A stretch of 64,000 bases of DNA from Octopus vulgaris. Its lineage: Eukaryota. A model generated the notes under the pieces. That model saw only the letters and a list, made by a program, of their open reading frames with translations. It did not search any database and was not told the origin of the DNA. Position 1 is the stretch's first letter, and every line of letters starts with the position of its first letter. The DNA lies in the NCBI GenBank assembly GCA_951406725.2, contig OX597826.1:79236001-79300000 (forward strand). Direction: 5' to 3'. Both the position numbers and the translations under genes were made by a program. Shown here one piece after another: positions 46,886-61,711 of this stretch.

Positions 46886-48234
46886 GATATATATATATAT
46901 AGATAGATAGATCTAGATATATATATATATATGATGGGCTTCTTTCAGTTTCCATCTACCAAATCCACTCACAAGGCTTTGGTCGGCCCGAGGCTATAGT
47001 AGAAGACACTTGACCAAGGTGCCATGCAGTGGAACTGAACCCAGAACCATGTGGTTGGGAAGCAAGCTTCTTACCACACAGCCACAAGAGAGAGAGAGAG
47101 AGAGGAACGTAGTCAGTTATTGATATAAGAAACCCCTGTTTTACAGGGAAGTTTTTGTCAATTAATTGAGAAACACTTTGAGCTGAATGTAGTTCACTGC
47201 CTTTTGTCTAACCAATTCTGTTTACTTCCTTTGAACAATGAGTCAGCCTCTTTAGTAACTGCTTCCAGTTTCTCAGTATTCTGTCTTGACTCCTTTCTTG
47301 TAATATCTTCCTTTTATTTTCTTTTTATTTCTAGTTTGTTAATCGTCATTGCCATGGTAGCATTTTTGTTTTATTATATTTACAATGCTCCGGCATGGCC
47401 TTAACTGTGATTGCCGGAACATGATAAAGAAGTATATTGTTTACGGACACTATGATTTTGAGGCCTGTATTATAATTCTAATATCTCGTTAAAGGTGTGA
47501 ATATCATAAATTCCTTTTTAGTCATGTTACTAAAAAAAGAAAAAAGAAAAAAAGTCTTTATAAGCCAAAAATGTGGGGAGGTGAGGTGGCAGAGTTGTTA
47601 GCATGTCAGATAAAATGCATAGCAGCGTTCCTTCCAGCTCTTTATGTTCTGAGTTCAAATCTGCCGAGGCCAACATTGCTTGTCTTCCCTTTGGTGGGGC
47701 AGGGGGTTAATAAAATAAGTACTGGGTTTGATGTAATCCACGTGTCCCCTCCCCTCAAAACTGGTGGCCTTGAGTTCCGCAATGGATCAGTATCTGGTTC
47801 AAGGGCAAAGTTGTGATCTTTGTTACTTATATGCCATGGACTCAGACCTTACGATTCTTTGGGATCTAGACAAAGAGGGGATAGGAAGGGACTGACACTT
47901 CTGGCAGTTTGCTGTGCTTGAGAAGACACTTCAGGCTAAATAAAATTGTGGTGGTTGTCCTTGTATGCAGGCATGTCCAAACTGCACCCTTTTTCAGTGA
48001 GCAATCCTAATTTTGTGGATGTTGATGCCAGGTGGAAAGCACCCACGCTGGTGTCATGTAAAAGCACCCAGTGCACTCTGTAATGTGGTTGGTGTTAGGA
48101 AGGGCATCCAGCTGTAGAAACCATGCCTAAACAGACATTGAACCTGGGCAGCTTATCAGTTGGCCAACTCCTGTCAAACCGTCCTATCCATGCCAGCATG
48201 GAAAACAGAGGTTTAAATGATAATGGTGTGTGTG

Positions 48235-48281
<47 letters not shown>

Positions 48282-51200
48282 CCGATGGCATGTTAAACAC
48301 ACCATTCGAGTGTGATCGTTACCGCGTCGCCTTACTAGCACTTGTGCTGGTAGCATGTGAAACATTTGAGCGAGATCGTCGCTAGTGCCGCTGGACTGGC
48401 TCCTGTGCAGGTGGCACATAAAAAGCACCATTTAGGCATGGCCGTTGCCAGTTCCACCAAACTAGTCCTCGGTGGCACGTAAAAGCACCCACTACACTCT
48501 CGGAGTGGTTGGCATTAGGAAGGGCATCCAGCTGTAGAAACTCTGCCAGATCAGATTGGAATCTGGTTCGCCAGACCTCAGTCAAAATCGTCCAACCCAT
48601 TGGCACATGTTCGAACGCACAAAACCTATCATCATCATCATCATCATCGTTTATATATATATATCATAAACCAAGAAGTGAGTCTAATTGTAGTTCACAT
48701 AATCTGCTAAAGGTACCAGCTAAATCTCCCTCAAATAATATTTGACAGTCTTAAGCAAACAACAAAAGAAAGATGTACTCCTGTGTGCTCTATTCCTAGA
48801 GAAAAGACAGGATGGTCACGGTTGGAACCCCTTTGATCATGATCTGTTCTGTTAGCCTCAATCATAGGCTCCATTCAGTTAGACATAACTGACTTCATGG
48901 TTGTGTAGAATATATTTTTTATTTAGCAGCCATTTCTAAAAAGGAACTAATTATTCACCACCCCTTCCTTCCTTCATATTTCTTCCCTCTTTCTTTCTTC
49001 ATTCCTTATTCTCTTTCTTTTCTTTTCATTTGTCTTTATCCCACCGAGAATCGGGGTGGGGATCATGCAGAGGCTCTCCCTTCATGGTCTGCCACAACCC
49101 AGTTTTATTGCGTTTCACTTTGTTAACATTACTGATGTAAGACAAGAAAGGCTCCAATCTTACAACCTCTCATTTGCTTTTTTTTTAACTAAAATACTTT
49201 TATTGGTTCCATGCTAAAAGATTTAGGTGAAAAAACAAAAAAAGCAAATAAAACAAAAAATGTCTCTGAGAGCCAGCACTTAGCTTTTAGTTTTATGATA
49301 TCAAATATATTAAATGTGGTGTTGATTATCCTCAAATTTTGGGGTATTGAATTTGTTGAATTGGTAGTGTCTGAGTAAATTCCTTACATATTCTACAAGT
49401 AGTTGACTTAGTTTTGCAGCCCTGTGGGAGTTGATTAACACATAAAGCACAACGGGCCACGATCGTGGTTGTCGGGCACAGGTCGACAGGCCATGATCGT
49501 GGCCCAGATAGATGCATTTAATTTATGGGTGCTTGTTGGGATCTAGTGTCACTTAAACACTCCGATAACCTCCCAGAATGCAAGAGGACTAATAGTTTAT
49601 CTAATGACTTTTCACATGATGTAAGACTTGCTGCTATTATATACTAAGAAGATATTTTAACTATTTTTTTGGTTTTTATGTGTGCATGGTTGTCTCATCA
49701 TCATCATTGTCGTCTAATATTCGCTTTCCCTGCTGGCATGGGTTGGATGGTTTAGCTGAGGACTGGCGAGCCAGGAGGCTGCACCAGGCTCCAATCTGAT
49801 CTGGCAAAGTTTCTACAGCTGGATGCCCTTCATAACGCCAACCACTCTGAGTGCGTAGCGGGTGCATTTACGTGCCACTGGCACAAGGGCCAGTCAGGTG
49901 GTACTGGCAACAACCATGCTCAAAAGGTGTTTTTTATATGCCACCTGCACGGGAGCCAGTCTGGCAGCACTGGCAATGACCATGCTCGAATTGTGTGGTA
50001 AGAGGCTTGCTTCCCAACCACATGGTTCTGGGTTCAATACTACTGTGGGTGTGTGGATTCGATAGATGGAAACTGATAGAAGCCTGTTGTATATATGTGT
50101 GTTTGTGTCTGTGTTTGTCTTGCACCACTACTTGACAACTGGTGTTGGTGTGATTATGTCCCCCATAACTTAGCAGTTTGGCAAAAGAGACCAATAGAAT
50201 AAGTAACTGGCTTAAAAAAATTATGAGTACAAGGGTTTACTCATTTGACTAAAATTTCTTCAAAGCGGTGCCCCAGCATGGCCGCAATCTTATGACTGAA
50301 AGAAGCAGAAGATAAAAGAGGAAAGATATTCTTAGAATTACAGAAGAAATGGGATGAGACAAGGGCCGAAAGTCAAAATATCAGGACGTTAGACATGAAG
50401 CAGTGACTGTGTGGTAAGTAATTGCTTACCAACCACATGGTTCTGGGTTCAGTCCCACTGCGTGACACCTCGGGCGAGTGTCTTTTCCTATAGCTTTGTG
50501 CCGACCAAAGCCTTGTGAGTGGATTTGGTAGACGGAAACTGAAAGAAGCCCGTTGCATATATATATATATATATGTATATGTATGTGTTTGTATATGTTT
50601 GTGTGTGTCCCCTCCAACATTGCTTGACGACCGATGCTGGTGTGTTTTTGCCCTGTAACTTAGTGGTCCAGCAAAAGAGACTGATAGAATAAGTACCAAG
50701 CTTACAAAGAATAAGTCCTGGGGTCGACTTGCTCGACTAAAAAGGTGGCGCTCCAGCATGGCCGGAGTCAAATGACTGAAACAAGTAAAAGAGCAACACT
50801 TGATTGTTATTGATGGCATGTAAAAGCACCATCCGTTCGTGTCCGTTGCCAGCCTCGCCTGGCCCCCGTGCTGGTGACACGTAAAAGCACCATCCGTTTT
50901 GTGGCCGTTTGCCAGCTCTGTCTGGCACCTGTGCGGGTGGCACGTAAAAAGCACCCACTACACTCACGGAGTGGTTGGCGTTAGGAAGGGCATCCAGCCG
51001 TAGAAACACTGCCAGATCTGACTGGGCCTGATGAAGCCTTCCAGCTTCACAGACCCCAGTTGAACCGTCCAACCCATGCTAGCATGGAAAACGGACGCTA
51101 AATGATGATGATGTTATTGTTTCGATTACATAATTCTGGTGTATTAATGTTGTTTTCTGGTATGTTATTGTCAGGACAGTTTTATCCAGTATATTCACTC

Positions 51201-51378
51201 ATCTTTTTAAATGGTAGACTAGAATTTGAAGGAGATGTTTCTGCTAATTCTAACCAGGCAGCTGTGAAGTGGCTCCTTTATTGGAATCTGGATGGTATAG
51301 GAATCGAAAGAAATGGTGATATGCTGCCTTATTTTCCAGCATTCAAGTCAAATTTTTCAGACTAAATTTTAGTCACAT

Positions 51379-51768
51379 CTAGCAGTATCACCTGGCATTG
51401 CTTGGGTTTGTTTTGACCCTTTAGAATTGGAATTTTTGAAAAGTAAAAATTTTGCATTATGTAGCTTGTTATTCTCTTTAAGGGAACATTTTTCTGGTTG
51501 AAATACACCGAAAAATGGTGACACAGCAGTAAAAAAATCGTAAAAAATAGTGATTTTCATAGAAAATAAGCACCTTTTTGATGTAAATAATTTTTGGTGT
51601 TAACATGGTCCGATTTGAATTTTTTCTTCTACGGAAGGAAGAGCAAGTCTTCTTCTATCATACTCTCAATTTTGGTCAACTTGCGCTGCAGGGTCTCGGA
51701 GGAGATAGTGTTAGTTGAAGGCTACCAAATCTGCCATACACAGACAACTTCAGCTTTATATATATAGA
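51379..51768 (-). mobile_element. Non-autonomous Helitron (same termini as 40140-40530)
   Basis: Minus strand TCTATATATATAAAG start; CCCAAGCAATGCCAGG hairpin then ATACTGCTAG end. Confidence 0.65.
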
Positions 51769-52626
51769 TTAGTCGGTCACACCTTTGAAGGACCAAAAAT
51801 TCCATGTGAAATGCAGCAAGGTCTGTAAAGATGGTGACAATGCTCAAATATTTACGCTACATGTTTACACTATATCCTACGTCAATTGATCTCAAGCTGT
51901 AACACTTTTTTTTATTGAAAGATGTTTTGTTAACATATTTTTACAGAAAAAAAAAGAAAGAAAAAATCACTAAAAGTAAAAAAAGATAAAATTATTGAGG
52001 AAAATAAAAACCCATAAAAATTGATGTCCAGAGAATGATTATAAAGATAGTGATAATGATGATGATGATGCCTCTGTTAAGAATTGTTTTTCATTATCCC
52101 TGTCACTGTCTGACTATTGATTTTATCAGCACAGATATGGCATTGAGTCCTAAATAAAATGTCAGACTTTAAGCTGTTGTAACGCTGATAGTTTAAGCTT
52201 ATTTTTAGTCGGCTTATTTCTGGTGAGCCACGAAACGGTGACCATGAAGCATCTCTGATCTAATTGCATCATGTTAAGAGTCCAAGGTTTTTGTATTACG
52301 CATGAGTGATCAGTGTTGAAGATTTGCTTGGTATCAGCCATCAAATGGTGATACATACCAGCCAAATATTAAGGATGGTTACATTAATTGTAACTTTTAA
52401 ATTGACTACACTGAAGGATTGTCACTTGGTGCCAAACTTAATCATCATCATCATCATCATTGATAATGATAACAACAACAACCTTGCAAAGACATTTGCT
52501 GTTTAGTTTATGCCCTTCCAATGACAATTGTAAGATTGTGAAATGTGTGTAGTATAAAGTTTTGTCTCCGGTATCAGGTGTCACTTGGTAAGGTATGGGA
52601 TAGATGCAAAATTCAGAGGAAGTTAC

Positions 52627-52808
52627 AATAATGAAAATAATAATAATAATTATAATAATAATAATAATAATAATAATAGTAATAATAATAATAATAATAA
52701 TGGTAATAATAATGATGATAATAATAGTAGTAATAATAATAACAATAATAATAATAATTAATAATAGTAATAATAATAACAACAACAACAATAATAATAA
52801 TGATGATG
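52627..52808. repeat. Long (AAT)n microsatellite
   Basis: Direct reading; produces spurious poly-Ile/Asn ORFs. Confidence 0.95.
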
Positions 52809-53314
52809 TTTCAGATTTTGGCACAAAGCCAGTAGTTTTTAAGGGAAGGGTTTAATCAATCCCATTAACCCTAGTCAACCCTGAAAGGATGAAATAAAGT
52901 GTGTTGCTCCAGGACACAATACACCACTAGGAATTGAACACATGGTCTTATGAGAGTGAGCTGAATACCCTAACCACTAAGCCATGTGCCTTCTCAAATA
53001 TATATACCTTTATTAGATTATCCCAAACAAGGCAAGAAGCCCTTCAGTGTAAGGGATTATGAGGCTGGAAGAATTAGGAGGAAAAGAATGAATTTATTCC
53101 AAACTTGAAAGAATTTGGGTCAAAAGAAGGAGAAAAACAATGAGATACATATGCAATGGGCTTCTTTCAGTTTCTATCTACCAAAACTACTCATAAAGCT
53201 TTGGTTAGCCCAAGGCTATAGTAGAAGCCATTTGCCCAAAGTGCCATGGAATGGGACTGAACCTAAAACCATGTGGTTGGGAAGCAAATTTCTTACCCCA
53301 CAGTTAATCATATA

Positions 53315-53366
<52 letters not shown>

Positions 53367-54574
53367 TGTCGCCTGACTGGCCCTTGTGCTGGCGGCATGT
53401 AAAAAGTACCCACTACACTCTCTGAGTGGTTGGCATTAGGAAGGGCATCCAGCTGTAGAAACTTTGCCAGGTCAGATTGGAGCCTGGTACAACCTTCTGG
53501 TTTGCCAGTCCTCAGTCAAACCATCCAACCCATGCCAGCATAGAAAGCAAGCATTAAACGATGACGATGATGTTGATGATGATGATATATATATATATAT
53601 ATATAGTCAAACTTAGATGAACTCATGTTTTGTAGAGTGAAGCAGATATAGTTATGTAGGTTACTATTTTACAGAATCTGAAAAGCATTCATAACAAAAT
53701 AGATTTTTTGAAATGTCTTTGTTTTGCCATTGTGACAATTAAAATAGATAATTAAAATCATAAATTAGTCTTTCCATTGGCGTCTGGTTATGAAATGGAA
53801 GAGATAAGATATCCAGTCATATATATATATTTAGCCGTATATAATTAATTAATTTGTTCACTCTATAAAGAAAACGCTTTTAGTTCTGCTGTATTTTTGG
53901 AGATTCATTCTTTGTTTGATAAATTAGGCCTTCAAAGGTCACAGGTATTGCTCCCTCCTCTTCAGATGTTTAATCTTTTTTTAAAAATAAAACTGAAATC
54001 ACTATTAATTAAAATTACTTGCTCCTTTTTGTATTTAAAAAAGAAATATAATTACTGCTATCATCTGCGTCTTTGTTTGAAATATCAATGTTCATCTCTC
54101 CCCTGCTCCCCTGCTCCCACCAGCCTAAAAATGTAGACTGCTTTGAATGAGTTTTGTCCCTCTCCTTCCATGACCTTTCCTTTGATCTTTACTGCTAACA
54201 TCTGATGAGTCAGATGACAGTGGGCAACTAACCATAATAGTAAAGAAAGAAATTCATAAACATCATCATTGTCATCATCACCGTCATTGTTATTGCCATT
54301 GTCATCATCATCATCATCATCACTATTGTCATCCTTGTTCAACATCGACTTTTCCATGCTTGCATGTGTCAGATAAGTTTGTTGTGGTGGGTTTTCTACA
54401 GCTTGTTGCCCTTCATATTGCTAACACCCACTTGTTTTCAAGTAAGGAAATATTTCCCCCATGGCCGGACATGTTTTCTTGGAAGATTGGAAACGAAGGA
54501 TGTCACTTGCATGACAGTGGTATTCATTTAAAACTATCAGATGAAGTCATAGCAAGGAGGCAGCAACACGCGCG

Positions 54575-54613
<39 letters not shown>

Positions 54614-54706
54614 ACATGTTGTGTGTGTTTGGCCATGTAATGACACATGTGTTTTTCTTTGGATTATCTGCTTCTTCCCCCTTTTCCTCTTCTTTATACT
54701 TTTTCC

Positions 54707-54745
54707 TTTATCGGATGAAGAGCCAATGCTCGAAACATCATTTCT
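54707..54745 (+). ncRNA. Degenerate hammerhead-like motif
   Basis: CGGATGA-A-GAGC(CAAT)GCTC-GAAA-CATC; same stem II as 12138-12179; stem I eroded. Confidence 0.45.
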
Positions 54746-54868
54746 GTTCCTATCTTCTCCACCTAAAACTTTCAATTAGCATTAATCTAATATACGCCCT
54801 GTGTACATCCAATTGACTTTTGTTGCTTTATCCTGTCTTTTAATTTTGATTTGCATATATATATATAT

Positions 54869-55277
54869 CAGGCATGCGTCGTCAGTAATTACTCAGGGTA
54901 GGCAGTTGGTGACCTTTACATAGTAAAACACGGAAAAAGTCAAGTGAAACACATACGTGTGACTGAGTTGGAGGCAGATTTACTTCTGCCTTTATAGCGC
55001 ATAAAGAAAATGTTTTTGTAGGAGTGTACGCAGCATGTGTACTACAGCAGTATTATGCATAGCTTTAATACTGAGATTGAAAAGCAAATACTAAGATTGA
55101 AAATTATGCCTATCTAATCTATAAAAAAAAATAAATATTTAGCATTTTATGCAGAGTAATCAGAGTAACCTTCAGAGTTTTATTGAATTAGGTACATATT
55201 TTGCCATTAAAGGAAAATGTTACTATTGATCTAATTCATTCACTGCCTACCTTACCTACCCAGACAGCACGTCCCTG
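54869..55277. mobile_element. MITE with imperfect TIRs
   Basis: CAGGCATGCGTCGTC...AGGGTAGGCAGT versus ACTGCCTACCTT...GACAGCACGTCCCTG. Confidence 0.55.
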
Positions 55278-58200
55278 ATACACACACACACACACACATA
55301 CATACAATGGACTCCTTTCAGTTTCTACCTGCCAAATCCAATCACAAGGCTTCAGTTAACCTCTATAGCAGAAGACACTTGCGAAAGGTGAGGTGTTACA
55401 CAGTGGGACTGAACCTGTGGAGGTGTGACTGTGTGGTAAGAGGCATGCTTCCCAACCAAATGGTTCTGGGTTCAGTCCCACTGTGTGGCACCTTGGGCAA
55501 GTATCTTCTACTATGGCCTCTTGCTGACCAAAGCCTTGTGTGTGGATTTGGTAGACGGAAACTGAAAGAAGCCCATTGTATATATATATACATAAGTGGC
55601 GAGCTGGCAGGGGCGAAATGCGTAGTCGTATTTCGTCTGTCGTTACATTCCGAGTTCAAATTCCGCCGAGGTCGACTTTGCCTTTCATCCATTCGGGGTT
55701 GATAAATTAAGTACCAGTTATGCACTGGGGTCGATGTAATCGACTTAATCCCTTTGTTTGTCCCCTCTGTGTTTAGCCCCTTGTGGGTAGTAAAGAAATA
55801 TATATATATATATGTATATATGTTTGTGTGTCTATGTTTGTCTCCCTATCATTGCTTGACAACCGAAGCTGGTATGTTTACATCCCTGTACCTTAGTGCT
55901 TTGGCTAAAGAGATCGATAGAATAAGTACCTGGCTTACAAAGAATAAGTCCTGGGGGTCGATTTGCTTGACTAAAGGTGGTGCTCCAGCATGGCTGCTGT
56001 CAAATGACTGAATCAAGTAAAAGAATGTACACACACACACACACACACACACTCACACACACTCACACACGTCTGTTTTCCTTGTCTTTGTGTTGGCATT
56101 TGTTGACTGCTTACCATTTGACAACTGGTGTTGGTTTGTTTACGTCCCTTCAGCTTAACAGTTGCACAAAAGAGACGAACAGAACAAGTACCAGACTTCA
56201 AAAAACATGTACTGGGGCTGATTTGGTCCGACTAAACCCTTTAAGTTAGTGCTCCAGCATGGCCACAGTCCAATGGCTGAAACAAGCAAAAGATAAAATA
56301 TCACTCGCAACCATTGATATTGCTGTTGTTACTGTTTAGCCCTAGGCTATCCCTGATCAAGCCAGCCTATGATCAAAGGACCACTCACATCCTCCTATTT
56401 TAATATAGACACCACCAGCAGCAGCAGCAAGTGGAGGCGCAATGGCCCAGTGGTTAGGGCAGCGGACTCATGGTCAGAGGATCACGGTTTCGATTCCCAG
56501 ACCGGGCGTTGTGTGTGTTTATTGAGCGTAAAACACCTAAAGCCCCACGAGGCTCCGGCAGGGGGTGGTGGCAACCCCTGTTGTACTCTTTCGCCCCAAC
56601 TTTCTCTCACTCTTTCTTCCTGTTTCTTGTCCACGACCTCCTATGCAACCGCTGAGCCTGGATGCGCATTCATCCATCCGTCGATGCTCTCGGTGTCGGG
56701 GGTTGATCTGCTTTCTCTTCTGCGGGTCTTACGAATAGCAAAGGACCACGTTTCGGACTTCTCTCATCTTGTGAGCTCTGGGACGGAGACCATTCGCTCA
56801 ACAGCAACCGCAGCACCACCACCACAACCATCATTTAACACCCGTTTTATATCCTGACATGGGTTGGACACTGATTTTATATATTTTTTTTTAGTTGATA
56901 CATACCAGTTATTTTTTTTAATTTTTTCTTCAAATAAACCAATCTTGGGTGCTTTCTTTGATATACAATCTATACATAGATAAAAGAAAAAATAAATAAA
57001 GATCAAGAGTTACAGCAATTCAAAGTAATTCTCTCTTTTCACGTATAACATTGTGTGTTGAGCTAATTACTCTAACGAGACAACTGATATATGTCCCGCC
57101 ATCTGCTGGTGTCGAGTGTGACACGGTATTAGCTCCCATCCACCATATGCTTTGTATTTTGTTTTTGTTTGAGAAAATATTTGTAATCAGACTGCAAAAC
57201 TGCATCTAGGGTTTCAGGTGAGCAAAACGAGTTTTTAGGGACCTGTAACTCATTTGTCAAAGGATCGGTTATCTTTTTTGACACATGCTGCCATCTCCCT
57301 TGTCTATCTGTCTGTCTGTCTCTCCCTTCCTCTCTCTATTTCTCTCTCTCTCTCTCTCTCTCTCTCCTTCAGAAATAGTTAAGACAATTTCTCATGCTAA
57401 TACGGGGGAGGGGGAATAAAAAGTAGAAAAAATAAAAAATAAAAACAAAAAGTTAAAATCCTTGATTTAAATGATCTAAGATTAGTAGTTCTCAACTAGG
57501 GTCCATGTGACCCCTTAGGGCTCCAGATAAGATTTTATGTACAGTAGATTGATTATGCACAAAATATTCTTACAATATTTTGAATTTAATTCCTATTAAT
57601 ATTATAAGAATATAATGGGATTTTTTAAAACTCCCTGAATGGCTTTGAGGGTCCAGTTGAATAAAACATGAATCAAAGGGGTTCAAAAGGTAAGAAATGG
57701 TTGAGAACCACTGACCCAAATTAAAATCTTTCAGAATTTCACATCATCATCATCATCGTTTAACGTCCGTTTTCCATGCTAGCATGGGTTGGACAGTTCA
57801 ACTGGGGTCTGGGAAGCCAGGGGCTGCGCCAGGCCCAGTCTGAGCTGGCAGTGTTTCTACAGCTGGATGTCCTTCCTAACGCCAACCACTCCGACAGTGT
57901 AGTGGGTGCTTTTTACGTGCCGCCGACACAGGTGCCAGACAAGGCTGGTAAACGGCCACGATCTGATGGTGCTTTTTACGTGCCACCGGCACGGGGGCCA
58001 GACGAGGCTGGCAACGGTCACAATCGAATGGTGCTTTTTATGTGCCACCAGCACGGAGGTCAGTTGGGGCATCGCTGGCAACGGCCACGTTCGGACGGTT
58101 CTCTTACGTGCACGTTCAGACGGTTCTCCTACATGCCACCGGCACTGGTATCTCAGCTACAATTTCCATTGATGTTGAAAGATTTCGATTTCGATTTTGA

Positions 58201-59373
58201 TTCCAGACCCCAGCTTAATGATGAAGTTATTATTTTACTAAATTCTCCATTATTTTTGAAATTAATTGAAACCCCAAAAGTGCATTTCTTTTGAAATATG
58301 GTAAGAAGTTCAAACTAAAATTTGGTCGCATTGATTCCACTTGTTTGAAAGGCAAAGCTTTCAGTATTTCTCCCTGCTGCTGACTAAAATATATTAAAAA
58401 AAACCCAAAAAAAAAACTGATATGTTTTTTTTTTTTACTCCTCCCCCACATACAATTAAATACAAAGTAAGGGCTAATATAAGTTCTGTTCCCTGCAGTT
58501 AATCAATATTAAAATTCTTCATGGTAGGGGTGGGACAGAGTAAGATAACTAGTTCTCCGAATGTATAAGACACTTGGTGATGCTTGTTTGAGCAACATCT
58601 GTTGAAATGGAATGACCTAAAATAGTCTTTCTGTGTAATTAGTGCCTGGCTGTGAGCTTTTATTAGTCTTAATTTATTCAGCAGTTGAGTTGGCCAATCA
58701 ACAGGAAACTAGACACACTCATGTTTGTGTGGATATATTCTTTTATTTGTTTCAGACGTTTGACTGCGGCCATGCTGGAGCACCACCTTTAGTTGAAAGA
58801 ATCGACCCCCAGGACTTATTCTTTGTAAGCCCAATACATATTCTGTCCGGCTCTTTTGCCGAACTGCTAAGTTATGAGGATGTAAACACACTAACATCGG
58901 TTGTCAAGCAATGGTGGGGGGACAAACACAGACACACAAACATATACATACATACATACATACATGACAGGCTTCTTTCAGTTTCTGTCTACCAAATCCA
59001 CTCACAAGGCTTTGGTTGGCACGAGGCTATAATAGAAGACACTTGCCCAAGGTGCCACGCAGTGGGACTGAACCCGGAACCATGTGATTGGGAAGGAAGC
59101 ATTTTACCACAAGCTATATGGAAGCCTCTACATGGTGACTCAACCTGCTAGAAATAGCAGCTGATTTTTCTCTTCTTATCTGTCTTCAAGTTGGAGGTGG
59201 TTATATGGTAAGAAGCTTTCTTTTCAACTGCATGGTTCCATGTTCAGCCCCACTGAACGTCACCTTGGGCAAGTGTCTTCTATTATAGCCTTGGGCTGTC
59301 TAAAGCCTAATGAGTGGATTTAGTAGATAGAAACTGAAAGAAGCCTGTTGTATATATATATGTATGTATACAC

Positions 59374-59409
<36 letters not shown>

Positions 59410-60954
59410 CTTTGTGTCTGTGTTTGTCCCCTACTATCATTTGACAACTGGTGTTTATGTTCCTGTAACTTAGCAGTACGGCAAAAGAGATTGATGGACC
59501 AAATACCAGGTTTAGACAAAAGATTAGAACTGGAGTCGACTCATTCCTCTAAAAATTCTTGAAGGTGGTGCCCCAGCATGGCCACATTCTTATGACTGAA
59601 AGAAGCAGAAGATAGAAGAAAAAAAGATACCTTTGGAATTACAGAAGACGTGGGATGTGATGAGGCCAAAAATCAAAATATCAGGTTTGCTAGATAGGTA
59701 CAGACTGTGCCAAAGCAGACAATGGAACATGGTGCCATCCCTTGGCTTACCATCTCACAGACATATGATGATGATGGTGGTGGTGGTGGTGGTGGTGGCT
59801 GTTTCTTGAAAATTTAAGAGATGGATAGGCAGATATGGAGAGACTAAGTGCATTTGGAATCAATTGAAAGAGACCAGAGTTATTGATCATCATCATTATC
59901 ATCATCATCATCGTTTAACATCCATTTTTCCATGCTAGCATGGGTTGGGCGGTTCGACTGGGGTCTGGGAAGCCAGGAGGCTGCACCAGGCTCCAGTCTG
60001 ATCTGGCAGTGTTTCTACAGCTGGATGCCCTTCCTAACGCCAACCACTCCAAGAGTGTAGTTGATACTTTTTACGTGCCACTGGCACAGGTGGCAGGGGA
60101 GGCTGGCAATGGCCGATGATAGAAAGTGAAAAGTGTATGTTGTTGTCTAGGCTCAGTTCTGTGAACTGACTGAACCAACCTGTGATCAAAGGCATTCTAA
60201 CCATGACCTTCCCGTTTTTTTATATCGATAATTACATTGTTCAAGGTGGTAGAGTGTTATTTCTAGCTGGTTGAACGATCATCACGTACAGGCCCCCTAA
60301 TTGGCTGCTATTTCTAGCACGTCGGGTGACAGCATAGAGGTTCTTTCATTGGTTTGAAGGGAATGTTGAGCTGCGAGATTAAAAAGTCGGTTTACATTTC
60401 TTTCGGAATAACACGCTTCTCCCCGAGGGACCGACTTCTCCAGCATGGGGCCCCAGGATGAAACACTAGTCTCTACTTCATCACACACACACACACACAC
60501 ACACACACTGAGACAATCAGATATCCATCTTTAGTTGAATCTTGCTGACTCAGTTTCAGCTCAGCCCATCAATTCTGCTGACTCTTCATACGATTCTCCA
60601 AACCATTTCACACGCTCCATTACATCTCTCTCTCTCTCTTCTTCTTCTTCTCCTCCTCCTCCTCCTCCTCCTCTTTCTTCTTCTTCTTCTTTCATTTGTA
60701 TTTATATGCCAAGTCATTATTGTCAGTTTTATGAAGGAAATTGTTTTTGTTGCTGTTGTTGTACTCACACAGGAAGGACCCTGCAGAAGGACTGTCGCAG
60801 ATTTTTATTTCAGTAAAATGGAATGTTAGTCCCAGTTGTCATATGATGATGATGGTGGTGGTGATGATGATGATGACGTTGCTACCATTATTTTATTTCA
60901 AGTGTCAGAGATTTATATATATATTCATATTTCTCTTGACCTCTTTCTCTCTCA

Positions 60955-61086
<132 letters not shown>

Positions 61087-61402
61087 TTTAAGGTCGTGCT
61101 CCAGCATGGCTACAGTCAAGTGAATATATATATATATATATTCTCTTATGTTTTTCAATCATTTGACTGCAACCATACTGGAGCACCACCTTATCAGGTT
61201 TTAGTCGAAGAAATCAACCCCAGGACTTATTCTTTGTAAGTCTGGTACTTATTGTATCAGTCTCTTTTGCCAAACTGCTAAGTTACAGGGACATAAACAC
61301 ACCAACACCAATTGTCAAGCAATGATTGGGGGTGGGGGACAAACACACACACACACACACATATCAAGTGATGCGGGGGAGACAAAGACACACACATGTA
61401 TG

Positions 61403-61468
<66 letters not shown>

Positions 61469-61671
61469 CACACACACATACACATGCCTTCACATGCATG
61501 CATACATACAGGCACAGGCATGGCTGTGTGGTAAGAAGCTTGCTTTACAACCACATGGTTCCAAGTTCAGTCCCACTGTGTGACACCTTGGAGAAGTGTC
61601 TTCTTCTATAGACTTGGGCTGCGCAAACCTGCAAATGGATTGGGTAGATGGAAACTGAATGAAGCCCATCG

Positions 61672-61711
<40 letters not shown>

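Noticed and set aside
50373-51072. 193-aa ORF and recurring [15 protein letters not shown] peptides
   Set aside because: Chance frames through SINE families A and C, repeated at many loci
52438-52855. Poly-Ile/Leu membrane protein ORFs
   Set aside because: (AAT)n microsatellite
54200-54230. CTGATGA-GTC..GAC hammerhead candidate
   Set aside because: No GAAA after stem II
56433-56505. tRNA gene
   Set aside because: The tRNA-like head continues into a SINE body repeated several times in the window; no proper acceptor stem or terminator
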